Origin: Anthoceros angustus
Taxonomy: Eukaryota > Plantae > Anthocerotophyta
Direction of reading: 5' to 3'
DNA: 64,000 nucleotides
NCBI GenBank assembly: GCA_010909165.1
Contig: VJWM01000326.1
Span: 1 to 64,000, forward strand
A program made the translations under genes and the position numbers. The notes beneath the pieces are model-generated. The model worked only from the letters and a program-made list of their open reading frames with translations. It was not told the origin of the DNA and made no database searches. Below are positions 61,319 through 64,000 of the stretch, in pieces (positions within the stretch are counted from its first letter, which is position 1; each line of letters begins with the position of its first letter).

Positions 61319-64000
61319 ATTTGAAGGCATCCGTGAGGATCCTTACCATCTGCTTGTCTAGTTCTCTACAAGATGAGGTCGGCATTGGATTCTCGTGCCA
61401 CCACTCATATTTGCGAGACAGTGAATTGTTCACTTCAACCTTGCTCATGTCCATGACAAGGTGCTTCTTGGTGATGAGCAAGCACAAGTCTCAGATTGAA
61501 GGTCGAGGCACATGTGTTTATGCGCATGATCACACATCTCTCGTGTTAGAAGATGTTCTCGTCTCGGCATGGCCAAGAACCTCATGTGAATCAGTCGCGA
61601 TTATTACCTTCATGCGTGCATTTTGACACTTGTCGCTTCTAAAAGTCCTAACAGATGTGTTTCAAAGGCATTTTAGAAAAATGCATAAGATAGACATAAT
61701 ATGTACACGCATGCCCAACATGTCGCTCACTCAACTGGAGCAAAGTCACTTAGCTCAAGAGGCCATGCTTGTGGCATGCTCGCTAGGACACGCCAATCGC
61801 TCCAAACCGATAGACATGTCGCCACCGCGTCATCGAGCCACTCCTAAGTGTTTCAAACACTTGCCTGTGTGAGTCTTGCATCTTAGCAAAAGTAAGGAAT
61901 CTCCTTTCCCAATGCACTGCAACACAAGTCCTTGGTTTAGTCCACGCTGACATATCAGGAAAAATTCATGAGCCATCACTAGGGGGCTCGCAGTATTTTT
62001 TCACATTAACAGATGACTACAGCAGATATACCCGGACATTCCCAATGCAGCTAAAGAGTGATACATTCTCATGCTTTAAGGACTGGCTCACTATTGTACA
62101 GAGACAGTCTGGCATGCTACTCAAGGTGCTCAGGACGGACAACGGGACAGAGTTTGTAAATCAAGCTTTTGACGACTTGCTGCAAGAACATGGAGTTCTT
62201 CGCCTAATCGTCTTCCATACACGCCACAAGAAACGGTGTGTCGAACGAAAATCAAACTCTTGCAATGACGCATGTGCTAATTTATGGATTACCTCAGGTT
62301 ACTTGTGACGCATATCTCGAACAGTTTGACAAGCTCTCCCACAAGACTCCATATGAGGTGTGCCTGCCGCGTTTGCTACACTTGAAGGTTTTTGCACACA
62401 TTCCAGCTGATAAGAGGAAGAAGCTTGATCCCCGTTCGAAAGGACTCCTTTTTGTTGGGTACGGTGACACTGCAAAGGCGTACAAACTGGTCAATACCAA
62501 AACCGGATCCATGGTGCTTGCACGAAGTGTGATCTTTATTGAGCCTGCAGCTCCAGCCTCCATTGGGGACAACCACCTACCTCCATTATCGGACATTGTA
62601 GACCCCTGTGCACGTAATCGATCCCGTGACTATCCTTTTGGACGATATCATGGAGCGCCGTGCTTGATGAGAATCACAGCCCAAGCCCCACATGTTAACC
62701 CCCGCCCAAATGCCATTGCCAATCGTGGATTTGTTGATCTTGCATCCCTTTTACCGATGGCCCGATCCCAATCCAAATTGATCCCGATCCGAGGTTACCG
62801 ACCTAGATGCAACAATGATGTTGCTGCACCATGCCCCCCGACTGCATTTTCAGCCGATGAACTTGACTCGTATGAGCTCGCCCTGACCGACTGCACTCGC
62901 ACAGGCAATCTACACGACATCGGCCCCCACCTTCAGAATGGAATGAACCCCGCTACACATCTGTGGATTTTCGAACCCATCTTGTCTCGGCCTATGCTGG
63001 TTGGCCTCCTGATGAGCCTACGCCTATCTCAGCCTTTAATGGACTCCAAACATGTGCAAAGGGAAGTGCGTAAGGAGGATGAATACCAGTCACTTGTTAA
63101 GAACAAAACCTAGGTACTTGCAGACCTCCCACCTGGACGCAAGGCCATATCCTGCAAGTGGGTGTTCAAGTTAAAACTAAATGCCAAAGGGGAAGTTGCC
63201 CGTTTTAAAGCTCGACTTGTGACCAGAGGGTTTACGCAAGTGGAGGGGCTCGACTACCAGGAGACATTCTCACCTGTAGTTCGCAGCCAATCCATCCGCC
63301 TTATACTTGCCCATGCCATAGAATTTGATCTCGATCTCCAGCAGATGGACGTATGCACGGCTTTTCTGTATGGAGCTCTTGATGAAGAATTATACATGCT
63401 CCAGCCAGAGGCTTATGAAGATCCTGCACATCCAGGCAAGGTGTTAAAACTCCTAAAGTGCATATATGGTTTAAAACAAAGCGGGAGAGTGTGGTATATC
63501 ACCATGCATCCAGATTCATCAAAGATCGATTTTGTTCGTAACACACCGATACCAATGTTTATAAGCTTTCCCAAGGATCCTCTATAGTGCTTCGCTCAGA
63601 CGTGATGTTATCCTTGCCACAAACGATCAAGCACTTGTCAATAGTCAAAACTTAACAACAAGTTTGACATGAAAGATATTGGCGAACTAAAGTTTTGTTT
63701 GGGTATACAGCTACGAGTCGTGGAAGTGCCTATGTTCATACACCAAGATAAGTATGTAAACGAGATACTTAAGAAGTTCAATCTCGATCAAGCACGGCCA
63801 AAGAACTACACCTATGCAATCGAACCAAGCTAACACGCCACAAAGGCCTACGTACATCGGATGAAATCAAAGACATGGAAGACGTACCTGTGCATGCAGC
63901 TGGCAGCCTACTCTTCGCTAACTGACCAAAGCATACAATATGCGCCAAGACGGCTTCTTGAGAATCATGGAGAGCGACCGATACCGAAAAGGATCTTCCG
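61319..64000 (+). pseudogene. pol: Copia C protease-integrase-RT, frameshifted
   Basis: VRILTICLS (cf. B IKILTICLS), LRTDNGTEF, RKKLDPRSK..LFVGY....KAYKL, CKWVFK...DYQETFSPV...QMDVCTAFLYG...YGLKQSGRVWY and FDMKDIGELKFCLG. Confidence 0.92.

Larger units (their letters stand above)
57771..64000 (+). mobile_element. Ty1/copia element C (relative of B), truncated by window end and interrupted at ~59500-61318
   Basis: LTR end ...CCTTCACA at 57958, PBS, leader ORF, gag, PR, INT and RT in order. LTR start at 57771 is uncertain. Confidence 0.9.

Noticed and set aside
1-64000. Host cellular genes, rRNA/tRNA genes or prokaryotic defence systems
   Set aside because: All recognisable peptides are retrotransposon-derived. 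tRNA-complementary motifs are primer-binding sites, not tRNA genes.

Overview
No cellular gene is recognisable. The window is a eukaryotic, most likely land-plant, LTR-retrotransposon nest. (1) About half of it is an Athila-like Ty3/gypsy family ('R', + strand) with ~1-kb LTRs (TGTTGGAG...CTCCCACA) and a tRNA-Asp PBS (TGGCGCCGTTGC). R has gag and integrase remnants but no recognisable RT/RNase H. Its ~5-kb 3' module occurs five times (starting ~2.7, 8.7, 18.0, 34.4, 44.6 kb) and carries a palindromic repeat cluster, a G-box+TATA motif pair and a ~900-codon frameshifted accessory ORF. (2) A diverged sister subfamily ('D') lies at 1-2.7 kb (+) and 55.7-57.5 kb (-). (3) A complete Ty1/copia element ('A', 24104-31198, - strand) has near-identical 225/224-bp LTRs, PBS, PPT and a CTGTC target-site duplication. 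(4) Two related Ty1/copia elements ('B', ~23.55-55.7 kb, interrupted by A and by a 19.6-kb R block; 'C', ~57.8 kb to window end) share a conserved extra ORF upstream of gag. (5) Arrays of a 21-bp palindromic unit derived from R are scattered through the window. Every reading frame is broken by small indels. From ~34 kb on, the sequence repeatedly jumps between repeat fragments at short microhomologies, so part of the structure may be a sequencing, error-correction or assembly artefact, or synthetic. No CRISPR, rRNA or tRNA gene was seen. Alignments were made by eye and boundaries marked approximate are estimates.
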